64,000 nt of DNA, taken from Alphaproteobacteria bacterium. GTDB taxonomy: Bacteria > Pseudomonadota > Alphaproteobacteria > Rs-D84. Below, in pieces: positions 20,774 to 31,300 of the stretch; positions within the stretch are counted from its first letter, which is position 1; every line of letters begins with the position of its first letter. A program made the position numbers and the translations under genes. The notes below the pieces were generated by a model. The model was not told the origin of the DNA, ran no database searches, and saw only the letters and a list, made by a program, of their open reading frames with translations. The DNA lies in NCBI GenBank assembly GCA_017630405.1, contig JAGBVH010000025.1:12352-76351 (forward strand), in the 5' to 3' direction.

Positions 20774-21193
20774 TTATTTTCGGCACCATGAGGCACGCTT
20801 ACCAGCCCCCTTATAAATACGCGCCAAATTCTCTTTTATCAAAATTTTACCAATATCGCGACCATCAGAAAGTTTTACGGTCGCATCAATTCGCCCAAGG
20901 TATTTGTCATCCTTGATATCAGAAAGTTCAACAACAGAATCAACCGGCAAAAGTTCAGACAAACGCTTCTTGGCGCGCTTGGCCCCGTCAATTTCAGACT
21001 TACACTTGCCGTTTATTTCCGGCGTATCAATTCCAATTATTCTGACAGATGTGCGAACACTAATATCAGAATCCATCATAACATTGGCATAAAAAGTATC
21101 ACCGTCAACGATATATGTGACAGTGGCCGGAACAGCACACGCCGCCCCGACCACAAGTTCCATCACCAAACCAATCAACACAAACTTATTCAC
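20774..21193 (-). CDS. Secreted thermonuclease (SNase-like)
   Basis: IVDGDT, VRIIGIDTPE, DKYLGRI, LIKENLA; probable GTG start with signal peptide overlapping the ABC transporter stop. Confidence 0.85.
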   Translation of the reverse strand: MNKFVLIGLVMELVVGAACAVPATVTYIVDGDTFYANVMMDSDISVRTSVRIIGIDTPEINGKCKSEIDGAKRAKKRLSELLPVDSVVELSDIKDDKYLGRIDATVKLSDGRDIGKILIKENLARIYKGAGKRASWCRK

Positions 21194-22985
21194 CAACAAA
21201 GCCACCTGTTTGCATATCCCACAGTTTACGATAATTTCCACCCAAACGCAACAGTTCTGAATGCGTTCCAGACTCAACTATCTTGCCCCTTTTCAGAACA
21301 ATAATTCGGTCCATATTACGCAGGGTCGATAACCTATGTGCAATTGCGATTGTGGTCTTGCCACGCATTACTTTTTGTAACGCAGACTGAATTAAAACCT
21401 CGTTCTTGGAATCCAGCGCAGATGTTGCCTCGTCCAGAATCAAAATCGGCGCATCTTTTAGTATCGCACGCGCAATCGCAATTCTTTGTCGCTGACCACC
21501 AGACAGTTTAATCCCACGATTACCAACCAAAGTTTCATAACCATCTGGCTGTGACATAATAAAGTCGTGAATAGACGCCTTTTTAGCCGCTACAATTACA
21601 TCCGCACGCGATGCACTTGGACGCGCATAACGAATATTTTCCATAATCGTTCGATTGAACAAGACTGCTTCTTGTGGCACAAAAGCAATATTCTTGTGCA
21701 ACGAATCCTGTGTAATATCACGAATATCAAGACCGTCTATCTTAATCGCACCAGACTTTACATCATATGCGCGCAGCAACAGATTAACCATTGTAGTCTT
21801 ACCCGCACCACTAAGACCAACCACCCCAACCTTTTGACCGTGCTTGATATCCAGATTGAATTTTTTTATAACATCTGCCTTGCCATAATTAAATGTCACA
21901 TCAGCAAATTCCACATTACCCTGACTTTGCTTGATATTTTTCGCCCCCACAGAATCCATGATTGAACGCGGCTGAATAATTTCAGTAAACGCATGTTTTG
22001 CCGCCACCCTATCCTCGCTATATCCCGACAAGGCCGACATTATATTACCAAAAGACCCCGCAATTGAGCGAGAAGCCGTAAAGGCGAACATACCATCCGC
22101 AACGGTCATCATACCACGTGTTATAAAATACCAGCTTAGCCCAAAAACGGTCAACAACATAGCAAACCAGATCAGGGTTGTTGGAATCTGTTGAACACGA
22201 CGCAAAAACGCAACGTGGTAATCTTGTTGAATTTCGGCTTCCTGACGATTCCAGATATAACGATTTTCAAATTCAACATTACTAAATAATTTTACCATCG
22301 TTGCATTGGCCAAACTATCTGTCCGCACACCGTTGATCGCAGAACGCGTATCCTGCAAAACCTTGATCGCTCGATTAATTGGCTTTTGCGTAGCAAATCG
22401 CCACCCGCCACGCATAACTGCCGCAACAGCAATCACCAGTGCAATCCATTTGTTAATCGCCAACGCCCCCGCAATTAAAATCACAACTGTCATGGTGTTT
22501 TTTATCATACTGGTCCAGAAATTAAGCGCCATACTTTCAAATTTATCCCGCACAACCCCCATCTGACTCATTACCTGACCCGCAGGCCGACTGATAAAGA
22601 AATCCGTATCATTATCATATACACGTCTGTACAGAACAAAACTTAAATATCGATTAATTTGGGGCCGCGCCCACGCATACAGATATTTTTGTACATTTTC
22701 AGTCACAACAATCCCAGCATATACCGCAGCAATCCAATATAATTTATTGGACCACAATCCTTCGGATGCACTTTGAAATATTTCGACCACCCATTTATTC
22801 ACATACGGAAAGGTTGCCACATCAACCAGATAACTTATCACGATAATGCAAAACAAGCAACCAAACACAAATGGGAACTTTTTTATCACAGACCAATAAA
22901 ATTGCCTCAAGTTTTTTGGAAAATTATCCAAACCGACAGTTTTTTCATGTTTTCCTAAATGTTTTTTATTAGACAACCCCAGCAT
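21186..22985 (-). CDS. ABC exporter, fused permease/ATPase (Atm1/MsbA-like)
   Basis: N-terminal TMD; GLSGAGKT, LSGGQRQRIAIARA, ILDEATSALD, IAHRLST. Confidence 0.93.
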   Translation of the reverse strand: MLGLSNKKHLGKHEKTVGLDNFPKNLRQFYWSVIKKFPFVFGCLFCIIVISYLVDVATFPYVNKWVVEIFQSASEGLWSNKLYWIAAVYAGIVVTENVQKYLYAWARPQINRYLSFVLYRRVYDNDTDFFISRPAGQVMSQMGVVRDKFESMALNFWTSMIKNTMTVVILIAGALAINKWIALVIAVAAVMRGGWRFATQKPINRAIKVLQDTRSAINGVRTDSLANATMVKLFSNVEFENRYIWNRQEAEIQQDYHVAFLRRVQQIPTTLIWFAMLLTVFGLSWYFITRGMMTVADGMFAFTASRSIAGSFGNIMSALSGYSEDRVAAKHAFTEIIQPRSIMDSVGAKNIKQSQGNVEFADVTFNYGKADVIKKFNLDIKHGQKVGVVGLSGAGKTTMVNLLLRAYDVKSGAIKIDGLDIRDITQDSLHKNIAFVPQEAVLFNRTIMENIRYARPSASRADVIVAAKKASIHDFIMSQPDGYETLVGNRGIKLSGGQRQRIAIARAILKDAPILILDEATSALDSKNEVLIQSALQKVMRGKTTIAIAHRLSTLRNMDRIIVLKRGKIVESGTHSELLRLGGNYRKLWDMQTGGFVGE

Positions 22986-23168
22986 AGCACCCCCTTTTTT
23001 TCTTAATGCTTTGCGTTATGTACTATTTTCAATATGTTATTTCAACATCAATTTGACAAAAATTGACAATTAAATTCCTTGATTTTTCAAAAAAACGTTA
23101 TATACTGATCGTATCATAAAACAGAACAAGTTTCCAATCTATAAAAAATCCGCCTTGGGCGGATTTTT

Positions 23169-24488
23169 TTACGGTAATTTTGGCGACCAAGTTGGTTCCA
23201 GCCCATTTATTCCATCAGGCAATTCGATATCATATATATTCTGCCCTGTGATATCAACACTTCGGATATGGCTTATACGTCCAATATCATCCAAATCTTT
23301 TTCCGTTTCATAATAAACAATTCTGCGTGACCCCGGCGCCCAAGATGGCGCTTCCATAAACCAACCACCGGCCAATATCTTTTCATTACGGCCCTGCGGA
23401 TTCATAATACCAACATAAAAAGTATCATCCGCAATCTTGGTAAAGGCAATAAATTGACCATCAGGTGACCACGCAGGTGTCGCATAGCGCCCCGAGCCAT
23501 ATGTAATACGCTTTTCTTCACCCGTTTCTAAATCCAAAACATGAATCTGCTGACGGCCCGAACGGTCCGAATTAAACGCCATTTTCTTGCCATCTGGGGA
23601 ATAAGACGGACTGGTGTTAATCGAATTGCCAAATGTTAATTGACGCAGAACCTGATTGTTCAAATCATATTCATATATATGTGTAATTCCGTTTTTAACC
23701 AACGACAACGCCACACGCGAACCATCTGGCGAAAAACGAGGCGCAAAATTCATGCCGCCAAATTGCCCAAGGCGACGCTGTTGCCCAGTATCCAAATCCA
23801 AACTCCAAACCATCGGATCATCATTATAATATGACAAGAAAACAATACTTTGCATATTTGGCGAAAAATGTGGCGACATCACATAAGTATCCGCATCCGA
23901 CAAATAACGCATACCATAACCGTCCTGATCCATAATCGCCATACGCTTTACGCGCTTATCAACAGGCCCTGTTTCGGCAATAAAGACAATCTGGGTATCA
24001 AAATAACCAATCTCGCCGGTCAAACGTTCATAGATTGCATCTGCCATAATATGTGCCAAACGCCGCAAAGATTTACGCGATGCAACCAATGATTGTGCCT
24101 CTATCTGTTCCTGACCATTAACATCCCAAACATAGAATTCCAATTTATATTGATTATCCGCCATACCATATAACTTGGCCTGAACTAAAACCTGTGTCTT
24201 AATCGCCTGCCACGATTTAAAATTTGGCATATCATTCATCTTAACATGTTCCAAAAACGCATCATGATTTACAATTCGGAACAATCCTGTACGTTTCAAA
24301 TCCTCCTCAACCACAGTACGAATTTGATCCGCATCTTTTTGACTGGCATCATCTGCAACCTCGAACCGCTGAACAGCAATTGAAATAGGATTGGCACCAC
24401 CTGCAATAATATCAACCTTTAATTCCGCACGGGCAGGCAATACAGCAACCCAAGCTATCGCAAAAAACATTATTATTTTTTTAAGCAT
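23169..24488 (-). CDS. tolB: Tol-Pal beta-propeller protein TolB
   Basis: Signal peptide; AHIMADAIYERLTGEIGYFDTQIVF; repeated P-x-[FWY]-S-P-D-G. Confidence 0.93.
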   Translation of the reverse strand: MLKKIIMFFAIAWVAVLPARAELKVDIIAGGANPISIAVQRFEVADDASQKDADQIRTVVEEDLKRTGLFRIVNHDAFLEHVKMNDMPNFKSWQAIKTQVLVQAKLYGMADNQYKLEFYVWDVNGQEQIEAQSLVASRKSLRRLAHIMADAIYERLTGEIGYFDTQIVFIAETGPVDKRVKRMAIMDQDGYGMRYLSDADTYVMSPHFSPNMQSIVFLSYYNDDPMVWSLDLDTGQQRRLGQFGGMNFAPRFSPDGSRVALSLVKNGITHIYEYDLNNQVLRQLTFGNSINTSPSYSPDGKKMAFNSDRSGRQQIHVLDLETGEEKRITYGSGRYATPAWSPDGQFIAFTKIADDTFYVGIMNPQGRNEKILAGGWFMEAPSWAPGSRRIVYYETEKDLDDIGRISHIRSVDITGQNIYDIELPDGINGLEPTWSPKLP

Positions 24489-24619
24489 CTAAATTTCCTT
24501 TCCATAATATAAGCCAATTTTATATTCACAAAACACAAAAAGCAAATTTAATTACACACCATACAAACGCCATCACATCCGCCATCACAAACATAAATAC
24601 AAGTGTAAATATATTTGTA

Positions 24620-24647
24620 TTGACAATTGTATTTACAATGGTATATT
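24620..24647 (+). promoter_or_regulatory. Sigma70-type promoter with overlapping inverted repeats, upstream of the RHH gene
   Basis: TTGACA-16-TATATT; TGTAAATA...TATTTACA inverted repeat spans the -35. Confidence 0.6.
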
Positions 24648-24694
24648 ACCTTGTAAAGACTTAAGTATTGTTATCTGTATAGGAGATTGTAAAT

Positions 24695-24919
24695 ATGCCA
24701 AATGTTATGCAGCAACTGTTCATAATGAACATCGAAACACTGCTGCGAGAATACGCCGCATACAAGGCTTTTAATAAATCAGACTGTGTTATCAACATGC
24801 GCATACCACGCCCTGTTCTGGACAAGATTAAAGAACTGGCAGACGCACAACATGTGCCATACCAATCACTGATATCATCAGTATTATTTTCACTGGCAAA
24901 TATCGAAGATAAAAAATAA
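24695..24919 (+). CDS. CopG/BrnA-like ribbon-helix-helix protein (orphan antitoxin-like)
   Basis: AGGAG RBS; INMRIPRPVLDKIKELADAQHVPYQSLISSVL. Confidence 0.7.
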   Translation: MPNVMQQLFIMNIETLLREYAAYKAFNKSDCVINMRIPRPVLDKIKELADAQHVPYQSLISSVLFSLANIEDKK

Positions 24920-25009
24920 ACACCGACTTCACAAATCAGCAATAAAAAAATCCGCATACGCGGATTCAAAAATTAAGCAAATAAAAAAAATCCGCCGAAG
25001 CGGATTTTT

Positions 25010-25375
25010 TTAACTGTCCTGAACAATCGTTCCCCAATCATTAAATGCATCCGGACATTGGAACGAACCACCAACATCTGCTGCACCCAACAAGAAATTA
25101 ATCAGGATACCAATCGAGAACAACAACAAGAAGCCTACAAACATACCCATACCCTTCTTCTTGACATCATCCATCTTAACTTCACCCTTGGCGATAAAAT
25201 CCCAAGCCCATGCCGCAATAATAAACGCAGCACCAACAAACGCCAAATTGCGGATCCAGCCAAAAATGTGTCCCAAACGTTTTACCAGATCACACATAGG
25301 ATTATCAGCAAACGCAGGTGTTGCTACCATAACCGCAACCAGCGCAAAATTAAATTTGTTCATAAGCTTTTTCAT
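25010..25375 (-). CDS. TrbC/VirB2-family pilin-like protein
   Basis: Signal ending PAFA, then two hydrophobic helices separated by a short K/D-rich loop. Confidence 0.65.
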   Translation of the reverse strand: MKKLMNKFNFALVAVMVATPAFADNPMCDLVKRLGHIFGWIRNLAFVGAAFIIAAWAWDFIAKGEVKMDDVKKKGMGMFVGFLLLFSIGILINFLLGAADVGGSFQCPDAFNDWGTIVQDS

Positions 25376-25509
25376 ACAAAAACCCCTTTTACTTTTTATG
25401 ATTATATCATTATAAAAGAACTATTTCAAGACAATAGATTAACATATTTCTATAAAAAATCCAGAAAATCACACTGACTTTCTGGATATTTTTACCTTTT
25501 TTGTGGGGA

Positions 25510-25839
25510 TTATTTTACCAACACATATTTCGCACCCGAACACTTATTGCATCCGCATGTTGTCTTGGCCGCTGGTACAATAATCTTGCGATCATGACGC
25601 GCAGGCTGCCCCGCAACATCTGCATTATACAAATCACGGCACATTGTGTTGCGATAAACAACTTTTTTATTCGCATCCAAGGAACGAACTTCATTTGAAA
25701 AATGACGACCATATTCAGCAGAATAAAAGATACAATCTTCGCCATCTTGAGTATATCTTACCCCGCCCTTGTAATAATCATAATATGTACAGCCAGACAA
25801 AACAGCCAACCCCAAAACAGAAAACAGAATTTTTTTCAT
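25510..25839 (-). CDS. Hypothetical lipoprotein
   Basis: Lipobox LSGC; additional Cys including CGCNKC. Confidence 0.75.
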   Translation of the reverse strand: MKKILFSVLGLAVLSGCTYYDYYKGGVRYTQDGEDCIFYSAEYGRHFSNEVRSLDANKKVVYRNTMCRDLYNADVAGQPARHDRKIIVPAAKTTCGCNKCSGAKYVLVK

Positions 25840-25993
25840 CGCGTTTACCTTTTTATAAGTGCTCTCTGCCTGCTCCCCAAAAAACTTAAGTTAATTGTTA
25901 CACATATATTTACACTGTCAAGCCCCATGGGTTAAAAAAATTCCCACCCAACTCAGAAAATTTATGCTATAATCAACCAAAAGGAAAGAACAC

Positions 25994-26938
25994 ATGAAAT
26001 ACACTGAATTCGGTCTGGTCAATACCAGCACAATGTTCAAAAATGCCATCCAAGGCAACTATGCAATTCCAGCATTTAATTTTTACAACATGGAAACATT
26101 GTCCGCGATTTTATCCGCGGCACGCGAAATGCAAAGTCCAGTGATTTTGGCCGTATCAGAATCCGCCCTTAAATACATGGGCCCTGATATGCTGATGGGA
26201 TTGATACACGGTGCAAATATTAAACCAAGCGAACAAATCGCCCTGCACCTTGACCATGGTGGCAGTTTCGAAGCATGTCGCACTGCAATCGAACTGGGAT
26301 TTTCATCCGTCATGATTGACGCCAGTAAATTGCCATTTAATGAAAACGCCGAACTCTGTAAACAGGTCGTAGATTTTGCACACAATCACAATGTTTCGGT
26401 CGAAGGCGAACTGGGCGTATTGTCCGGAATCGAAGACGAAAACACACAATCAGAATTTTCTTCTTATACAAACCCAGACGATGTTGAAAAATTTGTTCAC
26501 GCAACAAATATCGACTCGCTGGCAATCGCAATCGGCACCAGCCATGGCGCATACAAACGCAAAAGCGAAAACGAACAACTGCGATTTGACATACTGGACG
26601 AAGTCGCACGCCGCCTGCCAGATTTTCCATTGGTATTACATGGCGCATCCAGCATCCCACAGAATTTAATCGAAACAATAAATAAATTTGGTGGCAAAAT
26701 GTCAAACGCACGCGGCATTGATACTACTCAACTGCGCACTGCAACAATGAAAAATGTTTGCAAAATAAATGTGGACAGCGACTTGCGTCTGGCCATGACC
26801 GCGGCAATACGCCAAACAATGTTTGAAAAACCAGAAAACTTTAACCCACGCGATTATCTGGGCGCGGCACGAAAATTAATGATTCAAACCGCCTCGGACG
26901 AAATCACCAATATAATGGGCAGCAATAATAAATTGTAA
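25994..26938 (+). CDS. fba: Class II fructose-1,6-bisphosphate aldolase
   Basis: YAIPAFNF, LHLDHG, VEGELG, AIGTSHG, LVLHG, KINVDSD. Confidence 0.95.
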   Translation: MKYTEFGLVNTSTMFKNAIQGNYAIPAFNFYNMETLSAILSAAREMQSPVILAVSESALKYMGPDMLMGLIHGANIKPSEQIALHLDHGGSFEACRTAIELGFSSVMIDASKLPFNENAELCKQVVDFAHNHNVSVEGELGVLSGIEDENTQSEFSSYTNPDDVEKFVHATNIDSLAIAIGTSHGAYKRKSENEQLRFDILDEVARRLPDFPLVLHGASSIPQNLIETINKFGGKMSNARGIDTTQLRTATMKNVCKINVDSDLRLAMTAAIRQTMFEKPENFNPRDYLGAARKLMIQTASDEITNIMGSNNKL

Positions 26939-26965
26939 TAAAAATCCCCAATCGGGGATTTTTAT

Positions 26966-27030
26966 TTAGAATGATTTAGATAAAAGAAAATCGGACATCG
27001 TAGTGTACTTAACGCTACATGAGATACCCC
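26966..27030 (+). repeat. Structured repeat family, copy 2 (3' arm eroded)
   Basis: TTAGAATGATTTAGA...GTAGTGTACTTAACGCTACATGAG. Confidence 0.85.
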
Positions 27031-27061
27031 ACACACACCACAAAACTGGGAATCAAATTAA

Positions 27062-27152
27062 TTAGAATGATATAGAAGCAAGTAGTGCCGGCAATGTAGT
27101 GTACATAACGCTACATGAATTGCCGGCACCGCTTGCAGATATATTATTATAA
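27062..27152 (+). repeat. Structured repeat family, copy 3 (full length)
   Basis: TTAGAATGATATAGA...GTGCCGGCAAT-GTAGTGTACATAACGCTAC-ATGA-ATTGCCGGCAC...AGATATATTATTATAA. Confidence 0.9.
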
Positions 27153-27153
27153 T

Positions 27154-27723
27154 TTATTTGGCACGTTCAACGTATTCAAGGGTTTCAGTATTAACCACAA
27201 TCTTTTCACCTTGTTCGATAAACAAAGGCACTTGAACACGAACGCCATTATCCAAAATAGCAGGTTTACCGCCACTGGATGATACAGTCTGACCTTTCAA
27301 GGCAGGTTCTGTTTCTTCTACGACGGCAACAACTGTCTTTGGCAAAGTAATTGATACAGGTTGACCTTCGACAAAGTTTGCTTTTACAACCATTTCTGGT
27401 GCCAAGAACTTCATCATTTCACCCAAGGAATCAACCGGCATTGTAAACTGTTCATAATCCGACAGGTTCATAAAGAACGCATCACTGCCGTCCGCATACA
27501 GATACTGACAATCAATATCTTCAACCATCAATTTTTCGACCTTATCTTCTGCGCGCCAGCGGTCGCCACCCTTGTTCCCAGAATCAATATCACGCAGGTC
27601 CGCCTGAACAAACGCACCGCCCTTACCTGGTTTTACCTTGGTAATAGATGTAACAGAATAACGTTTACCATTGTGTGCGATAACCCAACCCACACGCATA
27701 TCATTTGCAATATAAGATGCCAT
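27154..27723 (-). CDS. efp: Elongation factor P
   Basis: VKPGKGGAFV, VQVPLFIEQGE, YVERA. Confidence 0.97.
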   Translation of the reverse strand: MASYIANDMRVGWVIAHNGKRYSVTSITKVKPGKGGAFVQADLRDIDSGNKGGDRWRAEDKVEKLMVEDIDCQYLYADGSDAFFMNLSDYEQFTMPVDSLGEMMKFLAPEMVVKANFVEGQPVSITLPKTVVAVVEETEPALKGQTVSSSGGKPAILDNGVRVQVPLFIEQGEKIVVNTETLEYVERAK

Positions 27724-27785
27724 TTTTTACCCCTTTAAAATTTTAACTTTTGTGATTATAAAAATCCCACACACGAACGCAAGTA

Positions 27786-28328
27786 TTATTGTGCATTGCG
27801 CATATGATTCCAATATCTGTCGATACTGTCCATAATCAGTTTGTCTGCAGTCTCGCGATCAGCCCAACCTAATATCTTGGACCAAGAACCAGCCTGCAAA
27901 TCTTTATAGTGCTGGAAAAAGTATTCGATTTTCGAACGCAAAATTTCCGGCAATTGTTCAACAAACTCTGTATTTTCATAATAAGGATCGATTTTATCCC
28001 GTGGCACACAGATGATTTTTTCATCACCACCGGCCTGATCCTCCATCAACAAAGCACCGATTGGGCGCACTTCAATCAGCACACCTGGACGCAACGGCGC
28101 ATTACAAACAACCACACAATCCAATGGGTCACCATCATCACCCAAAGTCCCTGGGAAATATCCATAGTTCGCAGGATATGCCATTGGTGCATGTAAAATT
28201 CTGTCCACCTTTAACAGGCCTGTTTCCTTGTCAATTTCATACTTAACATGCCCATTTTCAGGAATTTCAATAATCGCATTCATCTTCTTTGGCGGCATTT
28301 TACCCGCTGAAATTTTTTCCAAATTCAT
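27786..28328 (-). CDS. ppa: Inorganic pyrophosphatase (family I)
   Basis: KYEIDK, YPANYG, DDGDPLD, DEKII, FFQHYKDL; start at MNLEK. Confidence 0.95.
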   Translation of the reverse strand: MNLEKISAGKMPPKKMNAIIEIPENGHVKYEIDKETGLLKVDRILHAPMAYPANYGYFPGTLGDDGDPLDCVVVCNAPLRPGVLIEVRPIGALLMEDQAGGDEKIICVPRDKIDPYYENTEFVEQLPEILRSKIEYFFQHYKDLQAGSWSKILGWADRETADKLIMDSIDRYWNHMRNAQ

Positions 28329-28391
28329 ATCTGTACCTTTATCTATTGACGCAGATTTTAACACAAAAAATCCCAATTGCAATTTTTTAAC

Positions 28392-31300
28392 CTAGGCAAA
28401 AGACAGCCCTGTTTTATCGTCAAGCCCACCTTCGGTTATAACAAATTTCATACCAAAGCGTTCTTGTCCCTGTTTTTGGCGCAATCTTTCACGCAATTCT
28501 TCCTCGGCCTTAATCATCTTTTCTGCCTGAACATATTTTTCATCCAAAGGTTTATAATCAACCTTAATCGGATTTGTTGCAGCACTTATTCCGCCACTTG
28601 GCATTTTAAGACCTTTGCGCCAGACAAGCAATTTATCAACAATCTCTTTGGCAACAACTGTCTTTTCAACAGTCTTGTCTATCAAACCACTTTGATATAT
28701 CGCCGCAACTATATTTTGCCAATCATCCGCAGTCAGTCGCTTGGATTCCTGAATAATATTGCCATCCTGGTCCTTGATTTCCTTCTGATATTCCATAATA
28801 TCGGACAACGCTGTCAAGCCACGCTGAACACCATCAATATACGCAGTATCGATATTTAATTTCTCGGCCACATTATCCAAATTCTTGATAACGCGCACTA
28901 AAACATCACCAATTTCCGTACCACCAGACATACCCGCCGCCAACTCATACAGCAAATGTCCCAGCATTACTTTGTCTTTTTTGTTTGGACCTTTGTTCAT
29001 TTGCGCCCCAGTATCAAAGATACCAATCACAACATCGCGGAAAGAATCATTATAAAAATTCTGCTGTCCCATATGCCGGTCGGTATCCCATCGCGCCCCC
29101 GACAACAACAAACACAATTCAAGTGTCACATACGCAACCGCAAATTCATGTTTATCCTGCTCGCTCCACGAATCGGACACAAGGCTTTTTCCAGGTGCTT
29201 CGTCCATAATTTTATACGCATTATCACCATTTTCTGCGCTGCCATATGATATCCAGGTCGCAACATCTGGGCTATATTTTGTACCATCAACTTCAACAGC
29301 AATACTTTCATATTGCTTCTTGGCCCGTTTATATTTCTGATAGTCTTGTTCGATATCCAATTCCGACATCGAAGATTCACGCGCCTGATTTACAATATTT
29401 ATAAGTGGTTTGTACTTGGAATCCGCCTTAACCAAATCATTGATTGTACCCACAATCACCTTCAGACCAGACTCTGTTAATTCGTGTGCAAACGGCCGCA
29501 TTACAGACAACACACACTCGCGCCCTTTATATACAATTCGCACCGTCACATAGAACGAACCCGCCCCCAGTATCTCGCCCACATGACTGATATTCGCCAC
29601 CACATCATTTGGCACCGATTGTGCAATCATATCAAACAACTCGGCACGTGTTGGAATATTTGCCTTGTCTCGCAGCTGCGCCAATTCTTTACGGATATCA
29701 GAATCCAATGTTGGCAAATAAGACAACAACTGACCAAACTTGATAAACGCCGAGCCCTTGGCCTGAAGAAACATACGCAACCCCTGCCCCACCTTTTGAC
29801 CACTGGTCGTTTTAACACTTTCATCGCGCTGACCCGCCGATGCCAACGCCGCCAAATCCAAGTTTCGTTCATAAAGCGGCAGATTCTTATATACTGCGCC
29901 AACAACTAACTTCGCATCTTTATAATATTCTGATTTTTTATCAAAATACATATCAAGAATCAGATTTAATTTTCGCTCGTCGCTTTGAGTGTACGAATTT
30001 AGCAACCGATTCATCATATACGCACGCACCGGTAAATCAGCACTCCAAAACGCCTCATGTATAATAGTCAACTTTTCCTTATTTAAATACACATCATAAC
30101 CAGTTTTATCATTTATATGATTTTCCAATATGATACGCGTCACATCATCCATAGATTTATCAGAAAGTTTTTTTCCAAGAAAGTCTATACACGCACCCGC
30201 ATCCTCCGGCTTTCGCGCTAAGTAACCAAACGCAGCCTCAGCCAAACGAACTGGTTTATCATATTTTTCCACCTGCTTGTCAGTAGCTTTTTCTTCTGAC
30301 ACACTTCCAAGTAGGGCCGCCACACGCCCCTGCGCTATAATTTTATTAGACAATACATTTGCCACATTCTTTTTTACCACACGCGAAAATGCCGGATCAT
30401 CTGTCCAGGGATTTTGTGTCCAGGGACTTTTAGAATTCACCATGAGCAAAAATTCATTCACACTTTCCAGATATTCATCCGACCCATTATCCAGCCCCAA
30501 CCTATTTGCCCAATGCGCAGCATAAAAATCGATCAGTTTTTCCTTCTCGTTCGCAAACTCAAATTCTTCTATTTTACTATAAGGCACAAACTTCGTATTT
30601 GGACCCTTGGTTAAAAAATTAAAGGTATACCTAACCGCCTCGTCATCATTAACTGGTCGCGACACAATTTCATCAACAATTATTCTGATAAACGCATTTT
30701 GATTAGCAGCCTTTTCTGAAAACAAATGACTGTATTTGAAAAATTCAAATAATTGCAACTTATCGTATAACGACAATGCCTTAAAATCATTTACTGTAAT
30801 ATATTGCGCCAGCATTTCGATTACAGAAGCACTTATATAACCTTGGTCAATATGTTCAAGCTTATCCAAAACCTTGGATATATCTGCACGCCTACCATGA
30901 CGCAGATAATCCACCCAAATCCATGTCAAAAGAGTCTTAAAATCAAGAGGCTTCCTTAGTGAAATTTTATCAAGCACAACTAATAAATCCTGTTCATTCG
31001 CAATATTATCCTTGCCAATTAACTGCTTCACAATATTTTTCAGGACTTGTGATTCTTCGCGATATTTAAAATTTTCACCAATCTCTTCGAACAATGACTT
31101 GGGCACTAAATCAAACACATGGTCATTACTAGAAATTTTTTTCAGGGACGATTTTCGATATTGTCTTCGTGTCCGAAGAAATTCTTCATCATGGCTATAA
31201 GCATGCCATATGTTGTACTTACACAAATCCATAAACAACCCAAAAGCATAGACTTGGGCTTCTTTATCATCCGTCTGATTATTCAAATAAGACGCAAGTT

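Noticed and set aside
4231-24488. Dispersal of tolB, pal and tilS-ftsH as a special system
   Set aside because: Breakup of the ancestral tolB-pal-tilS-ftsH cluster is ordinary rearrangement in reduced genomes
26966-27152. Mini CRISPR array (also 52322-52506)
   Set aside because: Only two units per site, long internally variable palindromes, no regular spacers, no cas genes
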